Origin: Wenyingzhuangia sp. 2_MG-2023
Lineage (GTDB): Bacteria > Bacteroidota > Bacteroidia > Flavobacteriales > Flavobacteriaceae
Assembly (NCBI RefSeq): GCF_030548295.1
Contig: NZ_JAUOSB010000002.1
Span: forward strand, 1-64,000
DNA length: 64,000 nucleotides
Reading direction: 5' to 3'
The position numbers and the translations under genes are program-made. The notes beneath the pieces were generated by a model. That model was not told the origin of the DNA. It did no database searches and was given only the letters and a program-made list of their open reading frames with translations. This document shows positions 51,818 through 62,345 of this stretch, one piece after another (positions within the stretch are counted from its first letter, which is position 1; every line of letters starts with the position of its first letter).

Positions 51818-53200
51818 TTACCAGCCTCTAGAAAAAGTCTCTCTTTCCCCTTCAAGGTTGATAACTACTAACTTATTAACCTGTTCTTCACTCTTGATAG
51901 ATTGCTTCACTCTTTCCAAATCAGCAACACTATTCATTTTAAAATTATTGATCGATAAGACTACATATCCTGGCTTAATTCCTAACTTTTGCAAGTCTTT
52001 GTTGTTGATTTTATTCACTCTTATACCTCCAGAAATTCTTAAATCTTGTTTTTCTTTCACTTTTAATTCACCAAATTGAATTCCAAAAGCCTCTGAAACA
52101 AAAGCACTAACTTCAGACAATTTCACATTCAAAACCTTCTCAATTCCATCTCTTTCTACAGTAACTAAAACCTCATCTCCTGGTCTTTTGGCAACCAATT
52201 GCCCTACCAATTCTGAAAACTTATGAATTTTCACATTGTTGATTTTTTTAATAATATCACCAGATTTCATACCTGCTTTGTCTGCTCCTGTATTTTTAGA
52301 AACTTCTGAAATATACACACCATCAATATCTGATTTAGCTTGAGTCGTGACACCTAGAACTGCTCTTTTTACAGAACCGTTCTCCATCAAATCTTCAATA
52401 ATACGTTTTGCTATGTTAGAAGGAACTGCAAAAGAATACCCTACAAAAGATCCTGTTTGAGAAGAAATTGCCGTGTTAATTCCAATCAACTCCCCACGGG
52501 TATTTACCAAAGCACCTCCACTGTTTCCTGGATTCACAGCTGCATCTGTCTGAATGAAAGATTCTATGTTAGAATTCCCTTCCAAATCTCTTCCTTTAGC
52601 ACTAATAATTCCTGCGGTAACTGTAGAAGTTAAATTGTAAGGATTACCTACCGCCAATACCCATTCACCAATTTTTGAGGTATCAGAATCTCCAAATGTG
52701 ATGTAATGCAAATCATCGGCATCAATTTTTAACAAAGCAATATCATTATCTTTATCAGCACCAATCAACTCTGCCTTGTATTTTTTCTGACTGTTCAAGC
52801 TAATTTCTATTTCACTAGCCCCATCAATCACATGGTTGTTTGTTACAATGTAGCCGTCTGGTGAAATAACCACACCACTTCCTGTTCCTACTCTCTCATA
52901 CTTTCTACTTCCATAACCATGACCATAAAACAATTCTGCAAAAGGATCTTGTTGCACTCCTACAGATGTGTTTTTAACGTGGACTACTGCGTTTAAAGTT
53001 GCTTCAGCCGCTGTTGTAAAATCTGTCAATTTTTCAGCTGCCACAAGACTTGTATGTGTATTTGCTGTTAAAACTGGCAATTGTTGTTTTTCATCAGACG
53101 CTACAACTTTAACTTCATTTTGAAAAAAACGACTATATAGTGTCAATGAAATAAAACCTCCTAATAAGGCTACTACAAATAATTTAATATTCTGTTTCAT
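51818..53200 (-). CDS. Do/DegP/HtrA family periplasmic serine endopeptidase with PDZ domains
   Basis: Catalytic GNSGGALVNTRGELIGINTA, His in NNHVIDGA, and two PDZ-like regions. Confidence 0.9.
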   Translation of the reverse strand: MKQNIKLFVVALLGGFISLTLYSRFFQNEVKVVASDEKQQLPVLTANTHTSLVAAEKLTDFTTAAEATLNAVVHVKNTSVGVQQDPFAELFYGHGYGSRKYERVGTGSGVVISPDGYIVTNNHVIDGASEIEISLNSQKKYKAELIGADKDNDIALLKIDADDLHYITFGDSDTSKIGEWVLAVGNPYNLTSTVTAGIISAKGRDLEGNSNIESFIQTDAAVNPGNSGGALVNTRGELIGINTAISSQTGSFVGYSFAVPSNIAKRIIEDLMENGSVKRAVLGVTTQAKSDIDGVYISEVSKNTGADKAGMKSGDIIKKINNVKIHKFSELVGQLVAKRPGDEVLVTVERDGIEKVLNVKLSEVSAFVSEAFGIQFGELKVKEKQDLRISGGIRVNKINNKDLQKLGIKPGYVVLSINNFKMNSVADLERVKQSIKSEEQVNKLVVINLEGERETFSRGW

Positions 53201-53266
53201 GTCTTTATATTTTTAATTAATATCAATTTTTCAAAAACTATGCCAACACATTTAAAACACAAGTAT

Positions 53267-53617
53267 CTAATCTTCCTTTAAGCCAAATAAAGAATGTAAA
53301 AAGGACTGAACTACAGAAAGTAACAAACTAAAAATCAGCGCTACAAAAATTCCATTCACATAAAAACCTCCAATCAAAGAATCTGCAATACTAATAATGA
53401 TTGCGTTGACGATCAACAAGAAAAGCCCTAATGTAAGAATGGTAATAGGTAGTGTTAATATCACTAAAATAGGCTTTACCAATAAATTTAACACACTTAA
53501 CCAAAACGCTACCCAAACAGCCGTTACAAAGCCTTCTACTCCAGCTCCTGGCAAAAATTTTGCTATTAAAAAAACGGCAATAGCATTTACTAAAATCTGT
53601 ACAATATAATTTCTCAT
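53267..53617 (-). CDS. Phage holin family (PF04020-like) small membrane protein, chromosomal housekeeping type
   Basis: 116 aa with 3-4 TM helices. Confidence 0.5.
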   Translation of the reverse strand: MRNYIVQILVNAIAVFLIAKFLPGAGVEGFVTAVWVAFWLSVLNLLVKPILVILTLPITILTLGLFLLIVNAIIISIADSLIGGFYVNGIFVALIFSLLLSVVQSFLHSLFGLKED

Positions 53618-53734
53618 GTTTTATTTTTAAAATTACAATTCTATTTAACGAAACACAAAATTTTGTTCAATCTACACAACACTATTTTTCTACTATATTT
53701 TCTTTGTACTTTTGCGAACCAATCTGACATTATA

Positions 53735-54520
53735 ATGGAAATTACTTTTTACAAATACCAAGGAACAGGAAATGATTTTGTCATCATAGACAACCGTAAT
53801 TTAAGCTTTCCCACTAAGAATACTCAACTGGTACATTTTTTATGCGACCGTAGATTTGGTATTGGTGCCGATGGATTGATGCTGTTGAATCCTTCTGACA
53901 AACACGACTTTACCATGGTCTATTACAATGCTGATGGTAGCGAAAGTACCATGTGTGGAAATGGGGGTAGATGTTTGGTTGCTTTTGCAAATAAACTAGG
54001 AATTATTGACAAAGAAACAACTTTTGATGCTGTTGACGGCTTGCATTACGCAACCTATGAAGATGGAGTTACCAATTTGCAAATGATTGATGTACATACA
54101 ATCAACATTTTTGACACACATTGTTTTTTAAACACTGGATCTCCTCATCATGTTCAAATGGTTAACAACATAGAAACGTACAATGTAAAAGACAACGGAG
54201 AAACTATTAGATATGGTGCTCCTTATTTTAAGGAAGGAACCAATGTAAATTTTGTAGAAGCTTTGCCTAATAATGCCTTTAGAGTAAGGACTTATGAAAG
54301 AGGTGTAGAGGATGAAACATTGGCTTGTGGAACTGGAGTTACTGCCGTAGCCATTGCTATGTTTGAACAAAAACAAACTCAGAACACCAAAATTCCATTA
54401 AAAGTGGAAGGTGGTGACTTAGAAGTTTCTTTTGAACCAACAGAAAATGGATATAAAAATGTCTTTTTAAAAGGACCTGCTACTTTTGTTTTTCAAGGTG
54501 TAATTTCATACAATGCTTAA
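53735..54520 (+). CDS. dapF: Diaminopimelate epimerase
   Basis: MEITFYKYQGTGNDFVIIDN start and a catalytic Cys in MCGNGGRC. Confidence 0.9.
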   Translation: MEITFYKYQGTGNDFVIIDNRNLSFPTKNTQLVHFLCDRRFGIGADGLMLLNPSDKHDFTMVYYNADGSESTMCGNGGRCLVAFANKLGIIDKETTFDAVDGLHYATYEDGVTNLQMIDVHTINIFDTHCFLNTGSPHHVQMVNNIETYNVKDNGETIRYGAPYFKEGTNVNFVEALPNNAFRVRTYERGVEDETLACGTGVTAVAIAMFEQKQTQNTKIPLKVEGGDLEVSFEPTENGYKNVFLKGPATFVFQGVISYNA

Positions 54521-55046
54521 ACTCAAAGGAACAAACATACAATTGCGTGCCTTAGAACCAGAGGACTTGAATTTTCTATATCAAATTGAAAACAACGAGA
54601 ATTTATGGGAAGTAAGCAATACGCAAACGCCCTACTCTCGCTTTCTTTTAAAACAATATTTAGAAAATGCTCATTTGGATATTTACGAAGCCAAGCAGTT
54701 GAGACTTGCTATTGAAAACAACCAAGGAGTTCTTGTAGGTTTGATTGATTTATTTGATTTCAACCCACAACACCTTAGAGCAGGTATTGGTATTTTAATA
54801 GCCCCAGAACACCAACAAAAAGGATATGCATTGCAAGCTATTCAACTTGCCCAAAACTATGCTTTTTCAGTCCTTAACCTTCAGCAAGTTTATGCCAATA
54901 TTGACACGAAAAACAAACAGAGCATCCATTTGTTTGAAAAACTAGGTTACCAATATGTTGGTACTAGAAAAAATTGGATTTATAACAATCATGCCTTTAA
55001 AGATGTTGCCTTTTATCAATTGATTTATCCTTCTAACATTTCATGA
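54513..55046 (+). CDS. GNAT family N-acetyltransferase (RimJ/RimL-like)
   Basis: Acetyl-CoA binding block QQKGYALQA. Confidence 0.7.
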   Translation: MLKLKGTNIQLRALEPEDLNFLYQIENNENLWEVSNTQTPYSRFLLKQYLENAHLDIYEAKQLRLAIENNQGVLVGLIDLFDFNPQHLRAGIGILIAPEHQQKGYALQAIQLAQNYAFSVLNLQQVYANIDTKNKQSIHLFEKLGYQYVGTRKNWIYNNHAFKDVAFYQLIYPSNIS

Positions 55047-56065
55047 AAAAAATATATTACAGTCTCGGAATCTTTAGTTTGTTGATTCTTGGTGTTGCCT
55101 TTTACTTTTATACAATCATCTACAGTGTTCAAATAGAAAAAGAAACTTCTATTTACATAAAGTCAACTGATTCTATAGCTCAAGTTGTTCAGAATTTAGA
55201 CAGTATCTGTCTTGATATTGATCACGTGAAAACTGTAATTTCTTTAAAAAAATACACCCATGTAAAAGCAGGTAGATACATTCTAAAAAAAGGAATGAAT
55301 GCCAACCAAGTAGTTACATTGTTACGAAGCGGAAGACAAACCCCAATAAAAGTTACGTTCAACAATCAAACCTATATTGAAGATTTAGCAGGAAGACTAG
55401 CAACACAAATTGAAGCAGATTCGTTAAGTATTCTCAACAGTCTTACTGATGTTGATTTTTTACAACAAGAAGGCTTTACTCACAAAACAGTACTACATAT
55501 GTGTATGCCTTATACTTATGAATGCTACTGGACCATCAGCCCAAACCAATTACGAACCAAACTTTTAAATGCCTACAATAGATTTTGGAATGCAGACAGA
55601 ATTGCCAAAGCGAAACGCTTTAACCTTGACAAAAATGAAGTCATTGCTCTTGCTTCTATTGTTCATAAAGAGACATCACACAAAGCAGAAAGATCTAAAG
55701 TAGCAGGAGTCTATCTGAACAGAGTACGCGTGGGAATGCCATTACAAGCCGACCCAACAATTATATATGCTTTGAAAGAAAAATACGGAAGAGACACTGT
55801 CATCAAAAGAGTACTAAAGAAAGATTTATCAATCGAATCTCCTTACAACACATATCTTTCACTAGGAATTCCCTCAGCAGCCATTGCCATGCCAGATATA
55901 GATGCTATTGATGCCGTATTGAATGCAGAAAAACATCCTTATTATTATTTCTGTGCGAGTCCTCAAAAATTAGGAACTCACAATTTCGCCAAAAACCTAA
56001 GTCAACACAACCGAAACGCAGCAGCTTACCAACGTTGGCTAAACAAACAGAGAATACATCGATAA
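55043..56065 (+). CDS. mltG: Endolytic murein transglycosylase MltG (YceG family)
   Basis: N-terminal TM anchor plus a YceG-like domain with the conserved LQADPT...Y motif region. Confidence 0.85.
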   Translation: MKKIYYSLGIFSLLILGVAFYFYTIIYSVQIEKETSIYIKSTDSIAQVVQNLDSICLDIDHVKTVISLKKYTHVKAGRYILKKGMNANQVVTLLRSGRQTPIKVTFNNQTYIEDLAGRLATQIEADSLSILNSLTDVDFLQQEGFTHKTVLHMCMPYTYECYWTISPNQLRTKLLNAYNRFWNADRIAKAKRFNLDKNEVIALASIVHKETSHKAERSKVAGVYLNRVRVGMPLQADPTIIYALKEKYGRDTVIKRVLKKDLSIESPYNTYLSLGIPSAAIAMPDIDAIDAVLNAEKHPYYYFCASPQKLGTHNFAKNLSQHNRNAAAYQRWLNKQRIHR

Positions 56066-56099
56066 ATTTAGATACTTATAAATGATGTTTTTTGAATTA

Positions 56100-56807
56100 T
56101 TACGATGCGTGAATGATAAAAATAGCTGGGATTTTATGCAGTTCTGGACTTTGTGATTTCCACGCTGCAATGGTAAATGTTTTTATGTATTCCTTAGGCA
56201 TGGTAATATCCGCAGCAATACACAAACGTGTATTTGGAGACAACGTAGTTTTTAAGTCATCCAACATTTTATGATTACGATAAGGTGTTTCTATAAAAAT
56301 CTGTGACTGACCTTGTTCTTTAGACAAACGCTCTAGTCTTTTGATTTCTTTTTTTCTTTGCGATGCTTCAATAGGTAAATAACCATTAAAAGCAAAACTC
56401 TGCCCGTTCATTCCAGAAGCCATCATAGCCATTAAAATAGAAGAAGGCCCTACCAAAGGAACTACTCTAATTCCTTTCTCATGAGCTAGTTTTACCACAT
56501 CAGAACCAGGATCTGCCACCGCAGGAACACCAGCTTCGGACAACAAACCAATGGATTCACCTTCCAAACAAGCATCTAAATATGTATTTACCTCAATAGG
56601 ATTTACATACTTATCTATCAACTTTAACTGCAAACTAGGTTGCGACTTAAGGGGAGTAATTTTTTTAATAAACCTTCTTGCCGATTTTTCATTTTCCACA
56701 ATAAAATGTGTCAACTGTTCTACAACAGCTTTTACAGAAATAGGCATTACTTCCAATGGCTCATTATCGCCTAATGTAGTTGGGATTAGATACAAATTAC
56801 CTTTCAT
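56100..56807 (-). CDS. rsmI: 16S rRNA (cytidine1402-2'-O)-methyltransferase RsmI-like (tetrapyrrole methylase family)
   Basis: LYLIPTTLGD, SEAGVPAVADPG and GIRVVPLVGPSS align with RsmI. Confidence 0.75.
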   Translation of the reverse strand: MKGNLYLIPTTLGDNEPLEVMPISVKAVVEQLTHFIVENEKSARRFIKKITPLKSQPSLQLKLIDKYVNPIEVNTYLDACLEGESIGLLSEAGVPAVADPGSDVVKLAHEKGIRVVPLVGPSSILMAMMASGMNGQSFAFNGYLPIEASQRKKEIKRLERLSKEQGQSQIFIETPYRNHKMLDDLKTTLSPNTRLCIAADITMPKEYIKTFTIAAWKSQSPELHKIPAIFIIHAS

Positions 56808-56808
56808 C

Positions 56809-57270
56809 TTATTGTTTTATTTTGGCCAGAATAGCATCGCAAGCACTATCTAACATTTGATACACGTTTTCAAAACCTTGATCACCTCCATAATAAGGAT
56901 CAGGTACAGAAATATCACTTCCCTCAACCACTTCGTTCATAATCATAGAGACTTTTCTTTTTTGTGCTTCGTTTTTTGCCAGCATCAAAATATTTCTATA
57001 ATTAGATTCATCCATCGCATAAATAAAATCAAAAGCGTCCAAATCCGATGCTTCTAATTTTCTAGCTCTTTGGTCAGTAATATCAATTCCATGTTGTTTT
57101 GCTACCAAAATAGATCTAGCATCTGGTAAATTACCTACATGATAAGCCCCGGTTCCCGCTGAATCTACCATAATATTCAATCCGTTTGATTTGGACTTTA
57201 AAATCCCTTCTGCAAGAGGAGATCTACATATATTCCCTAAACAAACCATCAAAACGTTAGCAGTTTTCAT
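56809..57270 (-). CDS. Low molecular weight protein-tyrosine-phosphatase
   Basis: P-loop CLGNICRS (CX5R) and a DP-motif downstream. Confidence 0.85.
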   Translation of the reverse strand: MKTANVLMVCLGNICRSPLAEGILKSKSNGLNIMVDSAGTGAYHVGNLPDARSILVAKQHGIDITDQRARKLEASDLDAFDFIYAMDESNYRNILMLAKNEAQKRKVSMIMNEVVEGSDISVPDPYYGGDQGFENVYQMLDSACDAILAKIKQ

Positions 57271-57276
57271 AACAAC

Positions 57277-58707
57277 TTAAAAAGATAATTTTTTAGAAAT
57301 ATCGTCAACATATTTCTTAAACTGTTTGTCTGTAGCAGTTAAATTATCTACTGTTTTACATGCATGTAATACAGTAGCGTGATCTCTTTTTCCTATCTGA
57401 GAACCAATACTTGCTAATGAAGATTTGGTCAACTTTTTAGAAAAATACATGGCCAATTGTCTTGCTTGTACAATATGTCTTTTTCTTGTCTTAGACTGTA
57501 ATGTTGCCAAATCAATTTCAAAATACTTAGAAACTACTTTCTGAATGTAATCTACAGAAACTTCTTTCTTTGTGTTTTTCACAAACTTATCAACAATACT
57601 TTTAGCCAAAGCAAGACTAAATTCTTTTTTATTGAATGCAGATTGTGCTATCAAAGAAGTAACAACCCCCTCCAACTCACGCACATTGCTTTTGATGTGC
57701 TTAGCGATAAACTCAATCACATCATCTGGAACTTCTACACCATCTCTATACAAGCGATTTTTCAAAATCCCGATACGAGTTTCGTAATCTGGAGCTTGCA
57801 ACTCTGCAGACAATCCCCATTTGAAACGAGACAACAAACGTTGTTCAATATCTTGCATATCCACAGGTGCTTTGTCAGATGTCAAAATTACCTGTTTCCC
57901 ATTTTGATGCAATTCGTTAAAAATCTGAAAGAAAGCATCTTGAGTTTTTGTCTTTCCTGACAAGAACTGAATATCATCAACAATCAATACATCTATCATC
58001 TGATAAAAATGTAAAAAGTCGTTTCTGTTGTTATTTTTTAAAACAGCGTCACCATATTGCTGAATGAACTTTTCCGTAGATACGTAAAGAACCGTTTTGT
58101 CTGGATATTTATCTTTTACCTGTACACCAATGGCATGAGCCAAGTGTGTTTTACCCAAACCTACACCTCCGTAAATCATCAAAGGATTGAAAGAAGTTCC
58201 TCCTGGTTTGTTAGCAACTGCCATTCCTGCAGATCTACCTAAACGATTGGATTCTCCTTCCATAAAATTGTCAAAACAATAATTTGGATTCAAATTAGAC
58301 TCAACTTTTACCTTTTGTAATCCAGGAATAATAAATGGATTTTTAACTTCTCTGCTAACACTTTTAGCCACAAATGAAACGTTTTGAGGTTTCATTGGGG
58401 CTCGGTTAGAACTCGGTATTTTTACTGTTTGCGGAACTTTACTACTGTATGAGTTTTCTAAACGAACATCGTACAACAAACGAGCTTCTTTTCCTAATTC
58501 TCTTACCAATGCACTTCGCATAATCTTGACGTAATTCTCCTCTAGAAACTCAAAGAAAAATTTACTAGGTACCTGAATTGTCAATGCAGCACCCTCTAAT
58601 TTAACCGGAACAATAGGCTCAAACCATGTTTTATAACCAACTGGTGTAATATTGTCCTTTATAAATCTCAAGCATGATGCCCAAACATCTTCGGCGGTTT
58701 TTATCAT
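57277..58707 (-). CDS. dnaA: Chromosomal replication initiator protein DnaA
   Basis: AAA+ Walker A GGVGLGKTHLAHAIG and a C-terminal DnaA-box binding domain (HATVLHAC). ATG at 58707 (MIKTAEDVW...); the track start at 58722 is an alternative GTG. Confidence 0.95.
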   Translation of the reverse strand: MIKTAEDVWASCLRFIKDNITPVGYKTWFEPIVPVKLEGAALTIQVPSKFFFEFLEENYVKIMRSALVRELGKEARLLYDVRLENSYSSKVPQTVKIPSSNRAPMKPQNVSFVAKSVSREVKNPFIIPGLQKVKVESNLNPNYCFDNFMEGESNRLGRSAGMAVANKPGGTSFNPLMIYGGVGLGKTHLAHAIGVQVKDKYPDKTVLYVSTEKFIQQYGDAVLKNNNRNDFLHFYQMIDVLIVDDIQFLSGKTKTQDAFFQIFNELHQNGKQVILTSDKAPVDMQDIEQRLLSRFKWGLSAELQAPDYETRIGILKNRLYRDGVEVPDDVIEFIAKHIKSNVRELEGVVTSLIAQSAFNKKEFSLALAKSIVDKFVKNTKKEVSVDYIQKVVSKYFEIDLATLQSKTRKRHIVQARQLAMYFSKKLTKSSLASIGSQIGKRDHATVLHACKTVDNLTATDKQFKKYVDDISKKLSF

Positions 58708-58889
58708 AGTTTTCGTTTGCACTTATTAGTTTTAATAATCAGCTGATTGAGCCCTTAACATTAGTTAAGTACCACAATCATCTTTAGGGGACTACAAAAG
58801 TGTGAATAAAATTCATTAAAAAAAAACCTATCCCCTATTGCATTTCAGTTTTTTTTTACCTAGAATGAAGTAATTATCAAATACACAAT

Positions 58890-59291
58890 ATGAATCCCAA
58901 ATTTTATACTCATAGAGTAAAATATTACGAAACAGATCAGATGCAATATGTGCATCACAGCAACTATGCAAAACACTTTGAAACTGCTCGTATTGAATGG
59001 CTTAGAGACTCTGGCATCTCCTACAAAAGCATGGAAGACAATGGTGTTATGCTGCCCGTTGTCAACTTAAATATCAACTTCAAAAAACCTGCCAAATATG
59101 ATGATGTTTTAACAATTAAAACTGCCCTAAAACAAGAACCTAATGTAAAGATTATTTTCACTTATGAAGTCTACAATCAAGAAAACGAATTGTTAACAAC
59201 TGCAGAATCGACTTTGGTATTTGTAGACATGAAAAAAAATAAACCGATACGATGCCCAGAATACATTTTAAATGCAATTATGCATGCATAA
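58890..59291 (+). CDS. Acyl-CoA thioesterase (YbgC/4HBT hotdog fold)
   Basis: VKYYETDQMQYVHHSNYAKHFE matches the YbgC active-site Asp/His region. Confidence 0.8.
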   Translation: MNPKFYTHRVKYYETDQMQYVHHSNYAKHFETARIEWLRDSGISYKSMEDNGVMLPVVNLNINFKKPAKYDDVLTIKTALKQEPNVKIIFTYEVYNQENELLTTAESTLVFVDMKKNKPIRCPEYILNAIMHA

Positions 59292-59293
59292 TA

Positions 59294-59914
59294 TTATGAA
59301 TTTGATGACAAAATTACTTTTACACATCTCAAATCATCAAATGCTTGAATTACATTTTTAAAAATAGCTACTGGAGAACACAATACAAATTTACAATCTA
59401 AATACATTTCTTGTTCTGTTATTTCTAAGTCAAAAGTTTTGATCAACCTCATCACTTTATCTACATGCTCATAAGAACTTAAAACAGTAAATGTTTCTTT
59501 AATTGTTTTCTCCAGTATTGTTGCCTCACGTAATGTTTCTTCCGCACAAGTTCTATATGCTTTTATCAAACCTCCTACACCTAGCTTAACACCTCCAAAA
59601 TACCGAACAACCACCAAGAGAACATTAGTTACATCAAAAGCCAACAACTGTCCGTAAATAGGCTGACCAGCTGTATTACTTGGTTCTCCATCGTCATTCA
59701 CTCTATAGGTTAATCCATCGTAACCCAATCTGTAAGCATAACACCAATGCCTAGCATCGTGGTATTGTTTTTTAATTCCCTCCAAGGCTTCTTTCACCTC
59801 ATCTTCTGTAGTTACAGGAATTAAATAACCTATAAACTTGCTTCCTTTTTCTTTGAAAAGAACTTGCGCTACAGTTATATCAATGGTTTTATAAGTATGT
59901 AACGGTTCTTTCAT
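59294..59914 (-). CDS. yigZ: IMPACT/YigZ family protein
   Basis: UPF0029 signature GSKFIGY...WCYAY...DDGEP. Confidence 0.8.
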   Translation of the reverse strand: MKEPLHTYKTIDITVAQVLFKEKGSKFIGYLIPVTTEDEVKEALEGIKKQYHDARHWCYAYRLGYDGLTYRVNDDGEPSNTAGQPIYGQLLAFDVTNVLLVVVRYFGGVKLGVGGLIKAYRTCAEETLREATILEKTIKETFTVLSSYEHVDKVMRLIKTFDLEITEQEMYLDCKFVLCSPVAIFKNVIQAFDDLRCVKVILSSNS

Positions 59915-60777
59915 AAGGCAAAGGACAAAAAGACAATAGCAATTAACGACATTCCCAAACCAAAATAATTTAGTTTGCTTAATTTTTCTTTGTATAAAAA
60001 CAATCCCAATAATACAGACAACAGGACCACTAAAAGATTATTAGCAGAAAAAATAAGAGCTGTACCGTATTCTTTTTGAGACAGTGCTTTGATAAAAAAA
60101 TAAATAGAAAAGTAATTAGGAGCTCCCAAAGCCAAACCTCCAAGCCAACTTTTGGGTGATATTTTTGTGTTTCCAAAAAACAATCGGATACTGAAAACCA
60201 AGACACCTATCAGACCACAAAACAAAAATAACGATGTGGAAAATATGTCAAACTCATGACTTGGAACATAATGGGTTTGCATGTGATTTAACAATGTATC
60301 TGCCAATCCACTTCCTATAAAAATTAGCAACGGCAAATACCAAAGGCGTTTGTCAAATTTTTCTGCTCCCGATTTTTTCGATGTAAACCAAACTCCTAAA
60401 AGCGCAAAAACGATTCCTATCAACTTTACTATTCCTATAGACTCATTGTACAAAACAATTCCTGCAACAATGGGAATTACCACGCTCATTTTGTTGGCAA
60501 CCGTCATTACAGACAAACCACCTTTTTGAGCTGTTAATGCCATTAAATTGAACACAATTATAAAAATAATTGCAATTGCAACAGCTCCAAAAACCCAATC
60601 TTTTGTAATTAAAAACGGAACTGAAATCTCTACTTCACTAAAAAAATAACCAATCGCAAAAGCTAAAAAATAACTAACTACAATCGCCTGAAGGTTATCC
60701 AACTGATAACGATTGAATTCTTTCAAAATGACAAATACCAAAACAGTAAAAAAAATACTTAAAAAGAGATACATCAT
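59911..60777 (-). CDS. DMT (EamA-like) family transporter
   Basis: 288 aa, about 10 TM helices, with internal duplication. Confidence 0.5.
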   Translation of the reverse strand: MMYLFLSIFFTVLVFVILKEFNRYQLDNLQAIVVSYFLAFAIGYFFSEVEISVPFLITKDWVFGAVAIAIIFIIVFNLMALTAQKGGLSVMTVANKMSVVIPIVAGIVLYNESIGIVKLIGIVFALLGVWFTSKKSGAEKFDKRLWYLPLLIFIGSGLADTLLNHMQTHYVPSHEFDIFSTSLFLFCGLIGVLVFSIRLFFGNTKISPKSWLGGLALGAPNYFSIYFFIKALSQKEYGTALIFSANNLLVVLLSVLLGLFLYKEKLSKLNYFGLGMSLIAIVFLSFAL

Positions 60778-61829
60778 TAGGCTTTGGGTCTATAGTGTTT
60801 TAAAAAATCTTCTCCAAAATGCTGAATTCTCACGAGTTCTCCTTCCAATTCAGGAGCTAAAACTCCATTTTCAAAAAGTGAATCTCCAACAAAAACCTTT
60901 GCCTCATCCCACAATTTCTGTGCTATAAAAGTAGTGAGTAACTGCCTTCCTCCTTCTACCAAAACAGATTGAATATTTTCTTCATACAAAGCTGTCAACA
61001 ACTGCGAAAGTATGTTTTCATTAAAATTTATTTTCTTAAAAATCACATGCTCATGAGTAGCTTCTTGTTCTGTAAACACCAATGTTTTAACAGCTCCGTT
61101 GTACAAATGATACGATTGAGGAACTTTTAAAGATTTATCTATCAAAATTCTTACGGGAGATTCTCCTCCAAAACTTCTTGTGGTCAACGTAGGATTGTCT
61201 TTTAACGCAGTATTGGTTCCTACCAAAATAGCGTGTTCTTGAGCACGAATTTGATGTACTTTCTGTCTAGACAACTCATTAGAAATCCATGTAGGCTGTG
61301 CTTCTTCATAAGCAGTTACCGTTCTATCTTTATCAATAAAACCATCTCTGGTTTCAGCCCATTTTAACAAAACATAAGGTCGTTTTTTATTATGAAACGT
61401 AAAAAAACGCTTGTGCAATTCCTCACATTCCTCTTCCAAAACTCCCACATGCACTTCGCAACCCGATGCCAACAACAGTTGAATTCCTTTACCCGCAACT
61501 TTAGAAAATGTATCTACACATCCAATGTATATTTTAGGAATTTGTTTCGCAACAATCAAATTTGCACAAGGGGGCGTTTTTCCATAATGCGAACAAGGCT
61601 CTAACGTAACGTACAACGTAGCTTTAGACAACAGACTTTGGTCTTTTACAGAATTGATTGCGTTTACTTCTGCGTGTGAACCACCATAAGCGTTGGTATA
61701 CCCCTCACCTATAATAACACCATTACAAACAACAATAGCTCCTACAGATGGATTTGGATATGCTTGTCTTGTTCCTTTTTTTGCAATGGCTATTGCCCGT
61801 TGCATGTATTGTAGATGTTGTACATCCAT
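60777..61829 (-). CDS. ribD: Bifunctional riboflavin biosynthesis protein RibD (deaminase/reductase)
   Basis: CMP/dCMP deaminase zinc motif HAEVNAI...PCSHYGKTPPC and a C-terminal reductase domain. Confidence 0.9.
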   Translation of the reverse strand: MDVQHLQYMQRAIAIAKKGTRQAYPNPSVGAIVVCNGVIIGEGYTNAYGGSHAEVNAINSVKDQSLLSKATLYVTLEPCSHYGKTPPCANLIVAKQIPKIYIGCVDTFSKVAGKGIQLLLASGCEVHVGVLEEECEELHKRFFTFHNKKRPYVLLKWAETRDGFIDKDRTVTAYEEAQPTWISNELSRQKVHQIRAQEHAILVGTNTALKDNPTLTTRSFGGESPVRILIDKSLKVPQSYHLYNGAVKTLVFTEQEATHEHVIFKKINFNENILSQLLTALYEENIQSVLVEGGRQLLTTFIAQKLWDEAKVFVGDSLFENGVLAPELEGELVRIQHFGEDFLKHYRPKA

Positions 61830-62296
61830 TAGTTATGAATCTTTATTTTTTCTGAATAATTGATAGGGTATTTTTTTGTCACAAACAGTTTTTCAAACGT
61901 AGCTTGTCCTTGCAACTTCACCTCAATTTTATTGGTAAAAATACTATTTAATATAGAACTCATCAATCCTTTTTTAGAATCAAAAAGTTGACTGTACGAT
62001 AATTTTAACTCCAAAGGAACGTAAAAGTTTTTCTTAGAAGGTACTTTTACTTTTTGATTTTTTAAATAGCCCAAATCAATACTATTGACTTCCGCATGCA
62101 AATTATTCAAACTAATTTTACCTCCAATTTTATTTGGATTGTTAAAATCCAAATCTGCTTTGATTACAATAGAATCATTCACCACTTTAGAAACCATTAC
62201 ATTTCTGACTCCCACATATTCTGGAGCTTTTAAATCTCCACAAGAAACCAGAGAGATTACACTTATAAAAACCAATATTATTTTTACGTACTTCAT
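61829..62296 (-). CDS. Lipoprotein, LEA_2/DUF-like (hypothetical)
   Basis: Lipobox LVSCGD. Beta-sandwich-like. Confidence 0.4.
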   Translation of the reverse strand: MKYVKIILVFISVISLVSCGDLKAPEYVGVRNVMVSKVVNDSIVIKADLDFNNPNKIGGKISLNNLHAEVNSIDLGYLKNQKVKVPSKKNFYVPLELKLSYSQLFDSKKGLMSSILNSIFTNKIEVKLQGQATFEKLFVTKKYPINYSEKIKIHN

Positions 62297-62345
62297 ATAT
62301 GTATATTTGTAGTCGCAACAAAAATATCAATAAATAAGCCAATTA

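Noticed and set aside
53267-53617. Phage holin family protein as a sign of a prophage
   Set aside because: There are no other phage genes (terminase, capsid, integrase) in the neighbourhood. This PF04020-type small membrane protein is commonly chromosomal and housekeeping.
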